A stretch of DNA of 64,000 nt from Nostoc sp. (GTDB lineage: Bacteria > Cyanobacteriota > Cyanobacteriia > Cyanobacteriales > Nostocaceae): NCBI GenBank assembly GCA_036918135.1, contig JBALDB010000011.1, positions 128,001 to 192,000 on the forward strand, in the 5' to 3' direction. The notes beneath the pieces are model-generated. The model was given only the letters and a program-made list of their open reading frames with translations, had not been told where the DNA came from and searched no databases. Shown here piece after piece: positions 20,012-30,000 of the stretch (position 1 is the first letter of the stretch; each line of letters opens with the position of its first letter). The position numbers were made by a program, and so were the translations under genes.

Positions 20012-20028
20012 ATCATAATCGTTATGAC
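20012..20028. promoter_or_regulatory. Putative PerR/Fur-type operator upstream of srxA-dps
   Basis: aTCATAAtcgTTATGAc inverted repeat about 40 bp upstream of srxA. Confidence 0.55.
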
Positions 20029-20074
20029 TTTATTTTGCAACTAACCGGAATTTGGATTTGGGGCAAAACTGATA

Positions 20075-21763
20075 ATGGTATTACTTGGAGCACTCATGCG
20101 ACAAAAAGACCGTGCTACAAAACAATTGGAAAATCAGATCCAACGCTACATTCAGGGTCACAATCGGGTAGCGATAAAATTTTCCTTTTGGCGTTTTTCC
20201 TATACTGTGGTGGCGACATTTAGCCTATTGGGACTAACTGCGGCATCGGGGCCTGAGAGCAACGTCCAAGATGTAGAACTAAAAATTGGGATTGTACAGC
20301 GATTTGGTGTCCAACCCACAGCCAAGCTGCAACTGGAACCGACAAAGGGCGATCGCTTAAAGTTAAAATTTCAAACGGGTAACAAGCAGCAAGTAGTAGT
20401 TACCAATAAGCCTGTGAAGCTGGAAACAGTTATGCAAGCTTTATCCCAGCCAGCAGTTGAAGAAGTGGTAGTTTTGGGTACATATCGCAGCTTTGAAACT
20501 GCCGAAGACAGTGCGAAAAAATGGCGTTCTCAGGGAATGGAGGTGGAAATAGCTCAGCCAGAACGCTGGCAAGTTTGGGCGAAACGGGATGTTTACAGCA
20601 CTCCTTTACTACGACGCTTGTTATTGCAGAACATCCAAGCTGCTACTCAACAAAAAGTATATCTTGATACTAAAACGTTGAAACAAGTACCGCGAGTAAG
20701 TTGGGTGGTGGATGGTAAGCGCTACAGTCCGAATGAGTTGGAAGTTAGCACTGATAAAAACTTGATTCGGGTGAATAAAACTGACAAACCAGAAAATGCT
20801 CGTCTGTATGTAGGACGGCTCAATTTACAACCAAATGCTTACGGGACATATACTTTAGTTAACAAAGTGCCCTTAGAAACTTATTTGCGTGGGGTTGTGC
20901 CTTATGAAATAGGTACTGATGCACCAACAGCAGCGCTAGAAGCCCAAGCAATTCTTGCTCGCACTTATGCCTTGAGAAATTTACGTAGGTTTGCCGCAGA
21001 TAACTACCAGTTGTGTGCTGATACACACTGCCAAGTTTATTATGGGTTGAATGGAGCAGCTACGAAAACAGACCAAGCGATCGCTGCAACCAGAGGTAGG
21101 GTATTAACTTATAAAAACGAATTAGTAGACGCCTTATATTCTTCCACCACTGGTGGTGTTACCGCCTCCTTCAGCGATGTCTGGAATGGTGAGGATCGTC
21201 CTTATCTGCGCCCTGTAATTGATGCTGCTACAAATCTTTGGAACTTGTCGAAGCAAAGTTTAGCTGATGAAAAGAACTTCCAAAAGTTTATTAATATGCA
21301 ACAAGGTTTTAATGAAAGTAAGTGGGATATGTTCCGTTGGCGCAAGGAAACCCGTTTAGAGGATATTATTAAGGATTTACAGAAATTTTTACAAGTAAAG
21401 AACAGTCCTTATGCCAAATTTAAGACAATCCAGGCGATGGCAATAGTCAAACGAAGCCAGAGTGGACGTATCCTCGAACTCGCAGTCAAAACTGATAACA
21501 GCACCTTTATTCTCCATAAAGACGAAGTTCGCAGCGCTTTTGCTGCTCCAGTAAGTACACTTTTTTACATAGAACCCTTAAACAAAGGCAAATCAGAACT
21601 ATGGGGATACGCCTTCATTGGTGGTGGATTAGGACATGGAGTCGGTTTGAGTCAAACTGGGGCTCAAAATTTAGCTAAACTTGGTTGGTCTAATCAAAAA
21701 ATTCTCCAATTTTACTATCCTGGGACTGAAATTAAAATTCTCAGTAAAGAGATTAAACGTTAA
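20075..21763 (+). CDS. SpoIID/LytB domain protein
   Basis: LETYLRGVVPYE, AQAILARTYA, CQVY and GHGVGLSQ motifs. Exact start uncertain. Confidence 0.9.
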   Translation: MVLLGALMRQKDRATKQLENQIQRYIQGHNRVAIKFSFWRFSYTVVATFSLLGLTAASGPESNVQDVELKIGIVQRFGVQPTAKLQLEPTKGDRLKLKFQTGNKQQVVVTNKPVKLETVMQALSQPAVEEVVVLGTYRSFETAEDSAKKWRSQGMEVEIAQPERWQVWAKRDVYSTPLLRRLLLQNIQAATQQKVYLDTKTLKQVPRVSWVVDGKRYSPNELEVSTDKNLIRVNKTDKPENARLYVGRLNLQPNAYGTYTLVNKVPLETYLRGVVPYEIGTDAPTAALEAQAILARTYALRNLRRFAADNYQLCADTHCQVYYGLNGAATKTDQAIAATRGRVLTYKNELVDALYSSTTGGVTASFSDVWNGEDRPYLRPVIDAATNLWNLSKQSLADEKNFQKFINMQQGFNESKWDMFRWRKETRLEDIIKDLQKFLQVKNSPYAKFKTIQAMAIVKRSQSGRILELAVKTDNSTFILHKDEVRSAFAAPVSTLFYIEPLNKGKSELWGYAFIGGGLGHGVGLSQTGAQNLAKLGWSNQKILQFYYPGTEIKILSKEIKR

Positions 21764-21950
21764 AGCCAATTAGCATGGCAATTTTAGTTACGATGAAAAA
21801 TAATCGAGTTGTTAGTTCGCTATAAATTCTCGCAAATCTTTTCGCATTTCTTTCGTCTTCTTGCCAAATTAAGATGCTGCCGATAATGAAAGAATTAAAT
21901 TTAGATTTGCATATATTTTTTATCAAGGTAGATATTTCCCAATACCTTTC

Positions 21951-22030
21951 GGTTAAGGGGGAAGGGTAACAGGAAAAGGGTAAAGAAAAACCTTTAACCC
22001 AAACCCAGTAACCTTTTCCCAAAACCCAAT
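21951..22030. repeat. Purine/pyrimidine inverted repeat element
   Basis: ggttaagggggaagggtaa... facing ...cctttaacccaaacccagtaaccttttccc. Confidence 0.55.
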
Positions 22031-22519
22031 TCCAAGTTAGAAATGCACAAAGCGAATAGTATTGAGATACTTCCTATTTTTAAACTATTCCTAAAAGGAA
22101 ATTCTACCTTTTTTTATAGTCAGAGAAAAATAGATCCTTTGTTTCTTAAAGAAACTATTTACTCAGTAATATTAAATTTTTCAATATCATTAATATTTGA
22201 ATATACTTAGAGGCAAATTTTCTCAAATTCGTAGTATACAAGCTTTTGTAACGGTAAAATTATTTTTTTGGAGGTACCTATCCCAGGCAAGTTAGAGTTG
22301 AAAAGCAAGAAAAGTAAGTTAAACAACCAATCTTTTTTAGCAATTTATGCCTTTGATTTTTACAACTATAAGGAGTAGAATCTCCTAGCAAAAATTTTAG
22401 AAGCCACAAAATAAAGTATGCAAAAAATTGCAGACTGGATTCAACTGGAGAACTTGCAGTTGTTCGGGAGCAGGGCAAATTGCAAATATCTAAGAGAATA
22501 AAACTTGATAAACATTTTG

Positions 22520-22559
22520 ACAAAGCAGGAACATAGTAAATTGAATGTTCCTGCTTTGT
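22520..22559 (-). terminator. Likely intrinsic terminator downstream of petF
   Basis: 15-bp stem acaaagcaggaacat/atgttcctgctttgt. Confidence 0.55.
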
Positions 22560-22697
22560 TATAGAGTTAGGCTTTTTGTCAAACTATCATGATAAAGGAT
22601 ACATATCATGAGGAGAATACTTCTCCTAAATCAGTTGGTTGTATTATTTCAACATCATTAACTCTTGCAAGAGATTTTTTGTTGAGAGGCCTAATTT

Positions 22698-23069
<372 letters not shown>

Positions 23070-23317
23070 TTAGCCGAACTTTCATATTTGCTTTAATTCT
23101 GATACTACGAGAAAAATTAAACGATGTAACTGTAAATTCACCCCGATTAGTAATGAAATTTAGTTACTTCTTAGAAATAAGTTTTAGTTATGTACTGATT
23201 GGTGTAGTTGGCATAAATTTTTACCGCTCACAACTTTTCAAACAGCCTCTTAGTGCCATTCACTCATGAATAACGAATCCCACTACTACAAGCCTCAGAG
23301 AATCAAAAACAGAACTA

Positions 23318-24355
23318 GTGAAGATCGTGTATAATTCAGAAGCAGCTTTGGAAAAAGCAAAAGTGCGTGTAGGTTTGGTAGGTACTGGATATGCAGCAAA
23401 GTTTCGCGCTGAGGCATTGCTGAATGATGAGCGAATGCGGGAAGCGGATGCTGGGCGCTCGCACTTAGTCGCAGTTGTTGGTCATACAAAAGAAAAAACC
23501 CAAACCTTTGCCCAAGAGTACGAAATTGAAGCGTTGAGTTCTTGGCAACAGCTAGTAGAGCGCCAAGATATAGATTTAGTGGTGATTTCCACTGTAAATC
23601 GAGATCATGGTGCGATCGCTCGTGCAGCACTTAGGAATGGCAAACATGTGATTGTTGAGTATCCACTTTCGTTGGATGTGGTAGAAGCTGAGGAACTCAT
23701 AGCCTTAGCCAAAGCACAACAAAAACTCCTGCACGTCGAACACATAGAACTTTTGGGTGGTTTGCATCAAGCTTTGAAACAAAACTTAGCCAAAATTGGT
23801 GAAGTGTTTTATGTCCGCTACAGCACCATCAATCCCCAGAATCCTGCACCCCGGAAATGGACTTATAATCATCAGCTTTTCGGCTTTCCGTTAATTGGTG
23901 CCTTATCGCGCATACATCGTCTTACCGATTTGTTTGGTAAAGTATCTACTGTTAACTGTCACCAGCGATATTGGGAAACAGAATTAGAATACTATCAAAG
24001 CTGTTTATGCACAAGTCAACTCTGCTTTACTAGTGGACTTTTAGCCCAAGTAATATATGGCAAAGGTGAAACTATTTGGCAGTCAGAACGCAAGTTTGAA
24101 GTTCACGGTGAAAAGGGTGGTTTAATTTTTGATGGCGACACAGGATTTTTCATCCAACCAGGGGAAACAACACCTATAGAAGTTGCCCCTCGTCGGGGTC
24201 TGTTTGTCAAAGACACAATTATGGTCTTAGACCATCTTTTTAATGGCACTCCTTTGTACGTTACCCCAGAGGAGAGCTTCTATACTCTAAAGGTCGCTGA
24301 TGCTGCCCAAAAAGCTGCACAGACAGGGTCAACTATATTTATGAAAGATACTTAA
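23318..24355 (+). CDS. bvdR: Biliverdin reductase (Gfo/Idh/MocA fold)
   Basis: VGTGYAA, VEYPL, HVEHIELLGG, PAPRKWTY and GFPLIGALSR match cyanobacterial BvdR as I recall it; divergent from petF. Confidence 0.8.
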   Translation: MKIVYNSEAALEKAKVRVGLVGTGYAAKFRAEALLNDERMREADAGRSHLVAVVGHTKEKTQTFAQEYEIEALSSWQQLVERQDIDLVVISTVNRDHGAIARAALRNGKHVIVEYPLSLDVVEAEELIALAKAQQKLLHVEHIELLGGLHQALKQNLAKIGEVFYVRYSTINPQNPAPRKWTYNHQLFGFPLIGALSRIHRLTDLFGKVSTVNCHQRYWETELEYYQSCLCTSQLCFTSGLLAQVIYGKGETIWQSERKFEVHGEKGGLIFDGDTGFFIQPGETTPIEVAPRRGLFVKDTIMVLDHLFNGTPLYVTPEESFYTLKVADAAQKAAQTGSTIFMKDT

Positions 24356-24366
24356 GATAAAAGTTA

Positions 24367-25152
24367 ATGAAAACTGAACTAATTGTTATTTTATCGCAAC
24401 GAGAATTAGACAAAATGCGTCAAGCTGGACGCTTAGCGGCCAAACTTTTACAGCATTTAGAACCGATGGTAAAACCAGGGGTTAGCACTCTGGAAATCAA
24501 TGATGAAGCTGAACGTTGGACACAAGCGCATGGAGCAAAAAGCGCACCTCTTGGTTATAAAGGTTATCCCAAATCAATTTGCACTAGTGTAAATGAGGTA
24601 ATCTGTCACGGCATTCCTAATGCCAAGCAAATCCTCAAGGAAGGTGACATTATTAATATTGATGTCACCCCGATTATTGAAGGTTACCACGGCGATACAT
24701 CGAAGACATTCTTTGCCGGTACCCCATCACCAAAAGCGAAAAAGTTGGTGGAAGTGACACAAAAGTGTTTGCATTTGGGCATTGCTGAAGTGAAACCAGG
24801 GGCACGCATTGGTGACATTGGTGCAGCCATTCAAGAGTATGCTGAAGCGCAAGGCTTTTCTGTGGTGCGAGATTTTGTGGGACACGGGATCGGTAATATT
24901 TTTCACACTGCGCCGGATATTCCCCACTATGGCACACGCGGGAAGGGCAAGCGCCTCAGACCAGGGATGGTTTTTACCATCGAGCCAATGATTAACGAAG
25001 GGACTTATGAAGTTGAGGTTCTGGGCGATAAGTGGACTGCCGTAACGCGCGATCGCAAGCTTTCTGCCCAATTTGAGCATACCTTAGCTGTGACTGAAGA
25101 TGGCGTTGAAATTCTCACTCTACCTGAAGGCGAGAATTACTGGGGTGTATAA
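24367..25152 (+). CDS. map: Type I methionine aminopeptidase
   Basis: CHGIP, DVT, GDTS, GHGIG, EPMIN and AQFEHT motifs. Confidence 0.97.
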   Translation: MKTELIVILSQRELDKMRQAGRLAAKLLQHLEPMVKPGVSTLEINDEAERWTQAHGAKSAPLGYKGYPKSICTSVNEVICHGIPNAKQILKEGDIINIDVTPIIEGYHGDTSKTFFAGTPSPKAKKLVEVTQKCLHLGIAEVKPGARIGDIGAAIQEYAEAQGFSVVRDFVGHGIGNIFHTAPDIPHYGTRGKGKRLRPGMVFTIEPMINEGTYEVEVLGDKWTAVTRDRKLSAQFEHTLAVTEDGVEILTLPEGENYWGV

Positions 25153-25509
25153 CAACTGAGTAGATTGGTATTGGTAATTGGTAATTACCCATTACCTATA
25201 TCCCTACTCATTTAGATGAAAAAGGCTGTAATTCATCGTTAAAACACTTGACAAAAGTGCAGTTTTATTAATTATACGGATGTAGCGCTTCTGCCTTTGC
25301 AAGAGAAAGCGAACGAGACGTAAAAAATTCAAGAAGACAGAGGCAATTCCCATAAATTGGCAAGCTTACACGTCACCTAAGGTCTGTGTAGTTAGTTCAC
25401 TGATTCTATTTATTGGGCGCAAAATCACGCAGAAGATAGAGGTATTGGGCAACTTAATTTTATTATCTTTATTAGTAAGTTGAAGAGATTTTAAATAAGG
25501 AATATCGCT

Positions 25510-26715
25510 ATTATTACTCAACTATCAAAGGATGTTGTCATCCAGACGAACGATTCAAGCATTGCTGTTGCTCTAGTACGTGCTAGGGAAATTGCTGATT
25601 ATTGTGCAGCTAATGCGACTAACATAGATATCAATGGTGCTTTTCCCGAACGGGAGTTTGAGCTAATTGCTGAGGCTGGGTTATTGGCCGCACCCTTGGC
25701 TCAAGAATTAGGCGGGTGGGGCGCAGGATTTGATGCTAATGTTACCTACGAGGTGCTGATGCTCCTCAAGCAGATGGGACGGGGTAACCTAGCGGTTGGT
25801 CGAATTTATGAAGGGCACGTCAATGCACTACAACTGATTCAGACCTTTGGTAGTAGAGAACAAATTGCCGCCTATGCACGTGATGCCCGCGATCGCCACA
25901 GAATCTTTGGAGTTTGGAATGCAGAAGCAGCTGATGGTGTAAAAGTTATCCCTCTAGAGAACGATCGCTATCAGTTACAAGGTTCTAAAACTTTTTGTAC
26001 TGGTGCGGGCTATTTGGAACGTCCTTTTGTGAACGGAGCATTGCCCGATGGTAGTTGGCAGATGTGCATTGTGCCAATGGATCGAGTGCAGACAGTTAGC
26101 GATCCAAGTTGGTGGCAACCTTCTGGAATGCGAGCAACTGCAAGCTTTAAAGTAGATTTTAGCGGTGTGGAGTTAGAGCAGAGTGCATTAATCGGTCAGC
26201 CAAATGACTACTATCGACAGCCGTGGTTGTCTGCTGGAGTGATTCGGTTTGCTGCGGTGCAACTGGGTGGGGCAGAAGCACTATTTGACCTGACTCGTCA
26301 ATATCTCCAGGAGTTGAAATATACAAACGACCCATACCAAAAAGAACGGCTTGGGAAAATGGCGATCGCCATTGAAAGTGGAAATCTCTGGCTGCGGGGA
26401 GCCGCCGATAGGGTAGCAGCGTATGCGCCTGTGTTTGGTGGCGCTCCTACAGTTTCCAACCCCCAAGCAGACCAACTCGTCGCCTATGCAAACATGGTGA
26501 GGACGACAATCGAACAAATTTGCATCGATATTATGCAGCTGTGCGAACGTTCAGTTGGGACGCGAGGCTTACTACCACCAAATCCAATGGAACGCATCAT
26601 TCGAGATTTAACTTTATATCTACGACAACCTGCTTTTGATGCGGCCTTGGCAAATGTTGGACAATATGTCTTGCATCAAAGTGACCCTGCATCTTTGCTG
26701 TGGGATAATGAATAA
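25510..26715 (+). CDS. Acyl-CoA dehydrogenase-superfamily flavoprotein
   Basis: GRIYEGHVNA, KTFCTGAG, GMRATAS, ERIIRDL motifs. The frame stays open upstream of the annotated TTG 25684 to a TAA at 25492, with AAGGA then ATT at 25510. Confidence 0.85.
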   Translation: MITQLSKDVVIQTNDSSIAVALVRAREIADYCAANATNIDINGAFPEREFELIAEAGLLAAPLAQELGGWGAGFDANVTYEVLMLLKQMGRGNLAVGRIYEGHVNALQLIQTFGSREQIAAYARDARDRHRIFGVWNAEAADGVKVIPLENDRYQLQGSKTFCTGAGYLERPFVNGALPDGSWQMCIVPMDRVQTVSDPSWWQPSGMRATASFKVDFSGVELEQSALIGQPNDYYRQPWLSAGVIRFAAVQLGGAEALFDLTRQYLQELKYTNDPYQKERLGKMAIAIESGNLWLRGAADRVAAYAPVFGGAPTVSNPQADQLVAYANMVRTTIEQICIDIMQLCERSVGTRGLLPPNPMERIIRDLTLYLRQPAFDAALANVGQYVLHQSDPASLLWDNE

Positions 26716-27451
26716 ACTCGGTGTTACCTCCCCGCTAACCAATCCCAGCGTTTTGCCCTGGCGTCCAATTGAGTCAATCGCTTGTAGTCCGGTACTAGTC
26801 GTAGCACCTCATCCTGATGATGAGACCTTGGGTTGTGGAGGTGCGATGGCTCTATTGCGTTCCTTAAATTGTGACGTGCAAGTTTTAGTCATTAGTGACG
26901 GTACGCTTTCACACCCTAATTCTCTGAAATATGCCGCACCTGCACTGCTAGCTCTGCGGGAAAGCGAAACACTATTGGCGTTGAAATTGCTCGGTGTGGA
27001 GGTTAATGCTATCAGCTTTTATAGAATGCAAGACGGGTCAATTACAGCACAGTATAAAAGCGCAGTAGCCAGTTGTCGTGCTTATCTAACAAAAATTGCC
27101 CCACAAATTATCTTTTTACCGTGGCGGTACGACCCTCATCCAGACCACCGAGCGACCTGGAAATTAATTCACACGGCGTTAGAAAACTCAGGTCTATCGC
27201 CCCGATTGATTGAGTATCCGATTTGGGACTGGGACTTAGAGCAAAGAGGGAGTTTACCAGAATCTCTGGAGGTGACAACCTGGCGGTTGAATATTGGCGC
27301 AGTAGTGGAGTTGAAACAGCAAGCGATCGCTGCTTATCGCTCCCAAACTACAGACTTAATTGACGACGATCCACAAGGCTTTCGCCTCACTGCCGAAATG
27401 TTAGCGAATTTCACTTATCCTTGGGAAGTTTATATAGAGGAAAACCGATGA
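26708..27451 (+). CDS. PIG-L/LmbE family deacetylase
   Basis: APHPDDE and HPDH motifs; ATG overlaps the end of the upstream gene. Confidence 0.92.
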   Translation: MNKLGVTSPLTNPSVLPWRPIESIACSPVLVVAPHPDDETLGCGGAMALLRSLNCDVQVLVISDGTLSHPNSLKYAAPALLALRESETLLALKLLGVEVNAISFYRMQDGSITAQYKSAVASCRAYLTKIAPQIIFLPWRYDPHPDHRATWKLIHTALENSGLSPRLIEYPIWDWDLEQRGSLPESLEVTTWRLNIGAVVELKQQAIAAYRSQTTDLIDDDPQGFRLTAEMLANFTYPWEVYIEENR

Positions 27452-28038
27452 ACCCATTACAATCCGATTCCCTACCACCCAGCTACTTCGATAAAATGTA
27501 CGGTGAAAACATCGATCCGTGGAGATTTGAGACAAGCGAATACGAAGCTAACAAATATGCTGCCACAATCGCAGCTTTGCCCAAAGAGCGCTATCAGTCT
27601 GCCTTTGAAATTGGTGGTTCCATTGGCGTTTTAACTGAGAAACTGCAAAAGCGTTGTGACTCACTGCTCTCGATTGATGTGTCAAAACTAGCGCAGAATA
27701 GAGCAATAGAGCGCTGTAAGCATCTCTCTAACGTTAAATTCGAGATTATGCGTGTCCCAGAGCAATATCCCAATCAAATGTTTGATTTGACCCTAGTCTC
27801 GGAAGTTGGCTATTACTTGAGCTGGGAAGACCTGAAAAAATCCCAACAGTGCATTCTAGAACACCTGGAACCAGGAGGACATTTACTTTTAGTTCATTGG
27901 ACACTCTATGCCCGTGATTATCCTCTAAGTGGGGATGAAGTTCACGACTCGTTTTTTGAGTTGACCCCAGATAAACTGCGGCATTTAAAAGGTCAACGGG
28001 AGGAAGAATATCGACTCGATCTATTCGAGCGAGTCTAA
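27448..28038 (+). CDS. SAM-dependent methyltransferase (NodS-like)
   Basis: DPWRF..YE..KY, FEIGGSIG and SEVGYY motifs; ATGA overlap; GAGG Shine-Dalgarno. Confidence 0.88.
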   Translation: MNPLQSDSLPPSYFDKMYGENIDPWRFETSEYEANKYAATIAALPKERYQSAFEIGGSIGVLTEKLQKRCDSLLSIDVSKLAQNRAIERCKHLSNVKFEIMRVPEQYPNQMFDLTLVSEVGYYLSWEDLKKSQQCILEHLEPGGHLLLVHWTLYARDYPLSGDEVHDSFFELTPDKLRHLKGQREEEYRLDLFERV

Positions 28039-28132
28039 AAAGGAACTGGGGATTGGGTAAGAGCGCAAAAAATTACGTCCAAGGCTATTACCCACAAATA
28101 AATTTTGAAATGTATTCCTAATCCCCTATCTT

Positions 28133-29344
28133 TTAACCTCGACGCAAGTTTTCAAGACGTAGGCGTAAGTCTTGAATTGCTTGCCTAATCTCTACACTTG
28201 GCCAGCGCTCAAGCCAAATTCTTTGTTTGTGCTGGCGCTGTTCAACTTGTTCAAACAACTGACCAAAAGTATAAGGTTGCGTTAATTTTTGCACAAGCCA
28301 TTGGGATGAAACTCCCAACATATCTGCCAAGGGGACGACTCTGCTATGAGTTGGTTGATAGCCATTAAGAATGCACCACCACATTACTCGTAGTTGGCGA
28401 CGTGTAGTAAAACGAGTTTCAATAGCAGCCGCTGACTCCACTAAAAATGATTGCTGTCGCCGTCCCATTTTTGCCCACTCACTCAACTGGTTCGCCAAAC
28501 CAACGTTAGTCCGTCCAGTTTGTCTTGCCGAAGTTACTACTTTCACTAACGGACTATGGCGAAAACGAGCGTTGACTCGCATCAAAGCATGATAAAATGC
28601 TACATCTTCAGGAGTCCGCACAGGTGGTAAGCCTCCTGCCAGTGCATACATTTGTGCCGTCACTGCCAGACTTGCCCCATAGTGTTGATAGTGCCGAGGA
28701 AAACCGTCATCAGGGTCAGGGTCAATGTAACTTTCTAATTCTGCAATTAAGTAGCGGTAGCCTACTTCGCGGAGAAAGCAAGCTCTAGCGTAGGGGTCTA
28801 GACGAGAGCGCTCAAGGCGATCGGTGAGAATTCGCCCTCCTACAGCATCAGCACCGCAAGCAATTTCGTACAGGATTGCAGCGAGCCAAGTTGGGCTAAC
28901 TATTGAATCACCATCGGTTGAAGCAATTATTCCTCGCCTGCGTCCCAAACTGTACAAGCGGTGGTATGCCTCATCCATCAAAATTTGGCGCACTCGACCA
29001 ATGTAAGCTTCTTCTGGAGGCAGAGTTTTTTCAACTACGTGCAGTGCTAACTGTGGATGTTGTTGAGCAAATTCTCTGGCGATCGCCGCTGAATTATCGC
29101 TGCAATTATTCGCTAACAAAATTATTTCATAGCGTTTGGGATCTAGAGCCTGTCCTTTGAGATCGACTTGATGGATGAAAGCAGTAAGGGTTGCTGCCAA
29201 CGTCTGCGCTTCATTGCGGACTGGAATAATTACGCAGACTTCACAATGCTGTGACGGCGGTGTTTGGACTAAAGCTTGGGAAAAGTCCTTATACACTGGT
29301 GTAGCCGGAAAGTCAGCAATTACTTGCAAGCGCTTACTTTCCAT
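28133..29344 (-). CDS. Family 2 glycosyltransferase
   Basis: IIPVRNEA, NNCSD, STDGDS (DxD), PEDV and TSAR motifs. Confidence 0.9.
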   Translation of the reverse strand: MESKRLQVIADFPATPVYKDFSQALVQTPPSQHCEVCVIIPVRNEAQTLAATLTAFIHQVDLKGQALDPKRYEIILLANNCSDNSAAIAREFAQQHPQLALHVVEKTLPPEEAYIGRVRQILMDEAYHRLYSLGRRRGIIASTDGDSIVSPTWLAAILYEIACGADAVGGRILTDRLERSRLDPYARACFLREVGYRYLIAELESYIDPDPDDGFPRHYQHYGASLAVTAQMYALAGGLPPVRTPEDVAFYHALMRVNARFRHSPLVKVVTSARQTGRTNVGLANQLSEWAKMGRRQQSFLVESAAAIETRFTTRRQLRVMWWCILNGYQPTHSRVVPLADMLGVSSQWLVQKLTQPYTFGQLFEQVEQRQHKQRIWLERWPSVEIRQAIQDLRLRLENLRRG

Positions 29345-29812
29345 AACAACCGTTTTTCCCTCTACAGGAAAACAGACAGAGTATGTTCATTCAACACTTA
29401 ATAATAATTAAAAATTGTAATCTATTTTGAAAATTTTCTCATTTTATTTCAATCTCTCTAGAGCATGATTAATACTGATTAAAACTCTATCAACAGATGT
29501 AATAGAAAACTATTTCCAGCTTTTTTATTAGGATCAATCATTAATTAGGTAAGCTAAAATCACATTATGTCCTGTCGATAACTTGTTGTTAACGCTGATG
29601 CTCTGATAATCTGACGCAAAAATACGGAATATTTTAATAATAAGTGATTAAGCTGAATTGATATTATTACTTAACTGGTTGGAAGCAAATCAAACAGCAT
29701 AAAAAATTTAGTCAATGTGCTAAATAAAACTATTGTTCTGATGATTATTTAACTATTGTGACTTGGAGAATTCTGCGGCTTTGGCTGACTTTGCTCCTAA
29801 TTTGTTAGCCGA

Positions 29813-29999
29813 TATAGCAGTCCTAAATCAGAAAGTGAAATCTTGCTACCTAAGCTGTTAACTGTTGAGAGCTGATGACAATCGCTTTAAGTCGGGAAAC
29901 CCACCCACGGCGCTGTCTCCCCAACTCATTGGCTCCTGTTAACTGTCAACTGTTAACAGCAAGCTGATATTTTTCACTTTCTCTGCAAAGATTGCTATA
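29813..29999. mobile_element. TATAGCA-bounded MITE-like element with internal ctgttaa/ctgtcaa repeats
   Basis: tatagcagtc...gattgctata; ends 1 bp from the stop of the 30001 ORF. Confidence 0.55.
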
Positions 30000-30000
30000 A

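Noticed and set aside
21753..22523. Short ORFs between the SpoIID-domain gene and petF
   Set aside because: AT-rich or repeat-derived frames with weak starts and no motifs.
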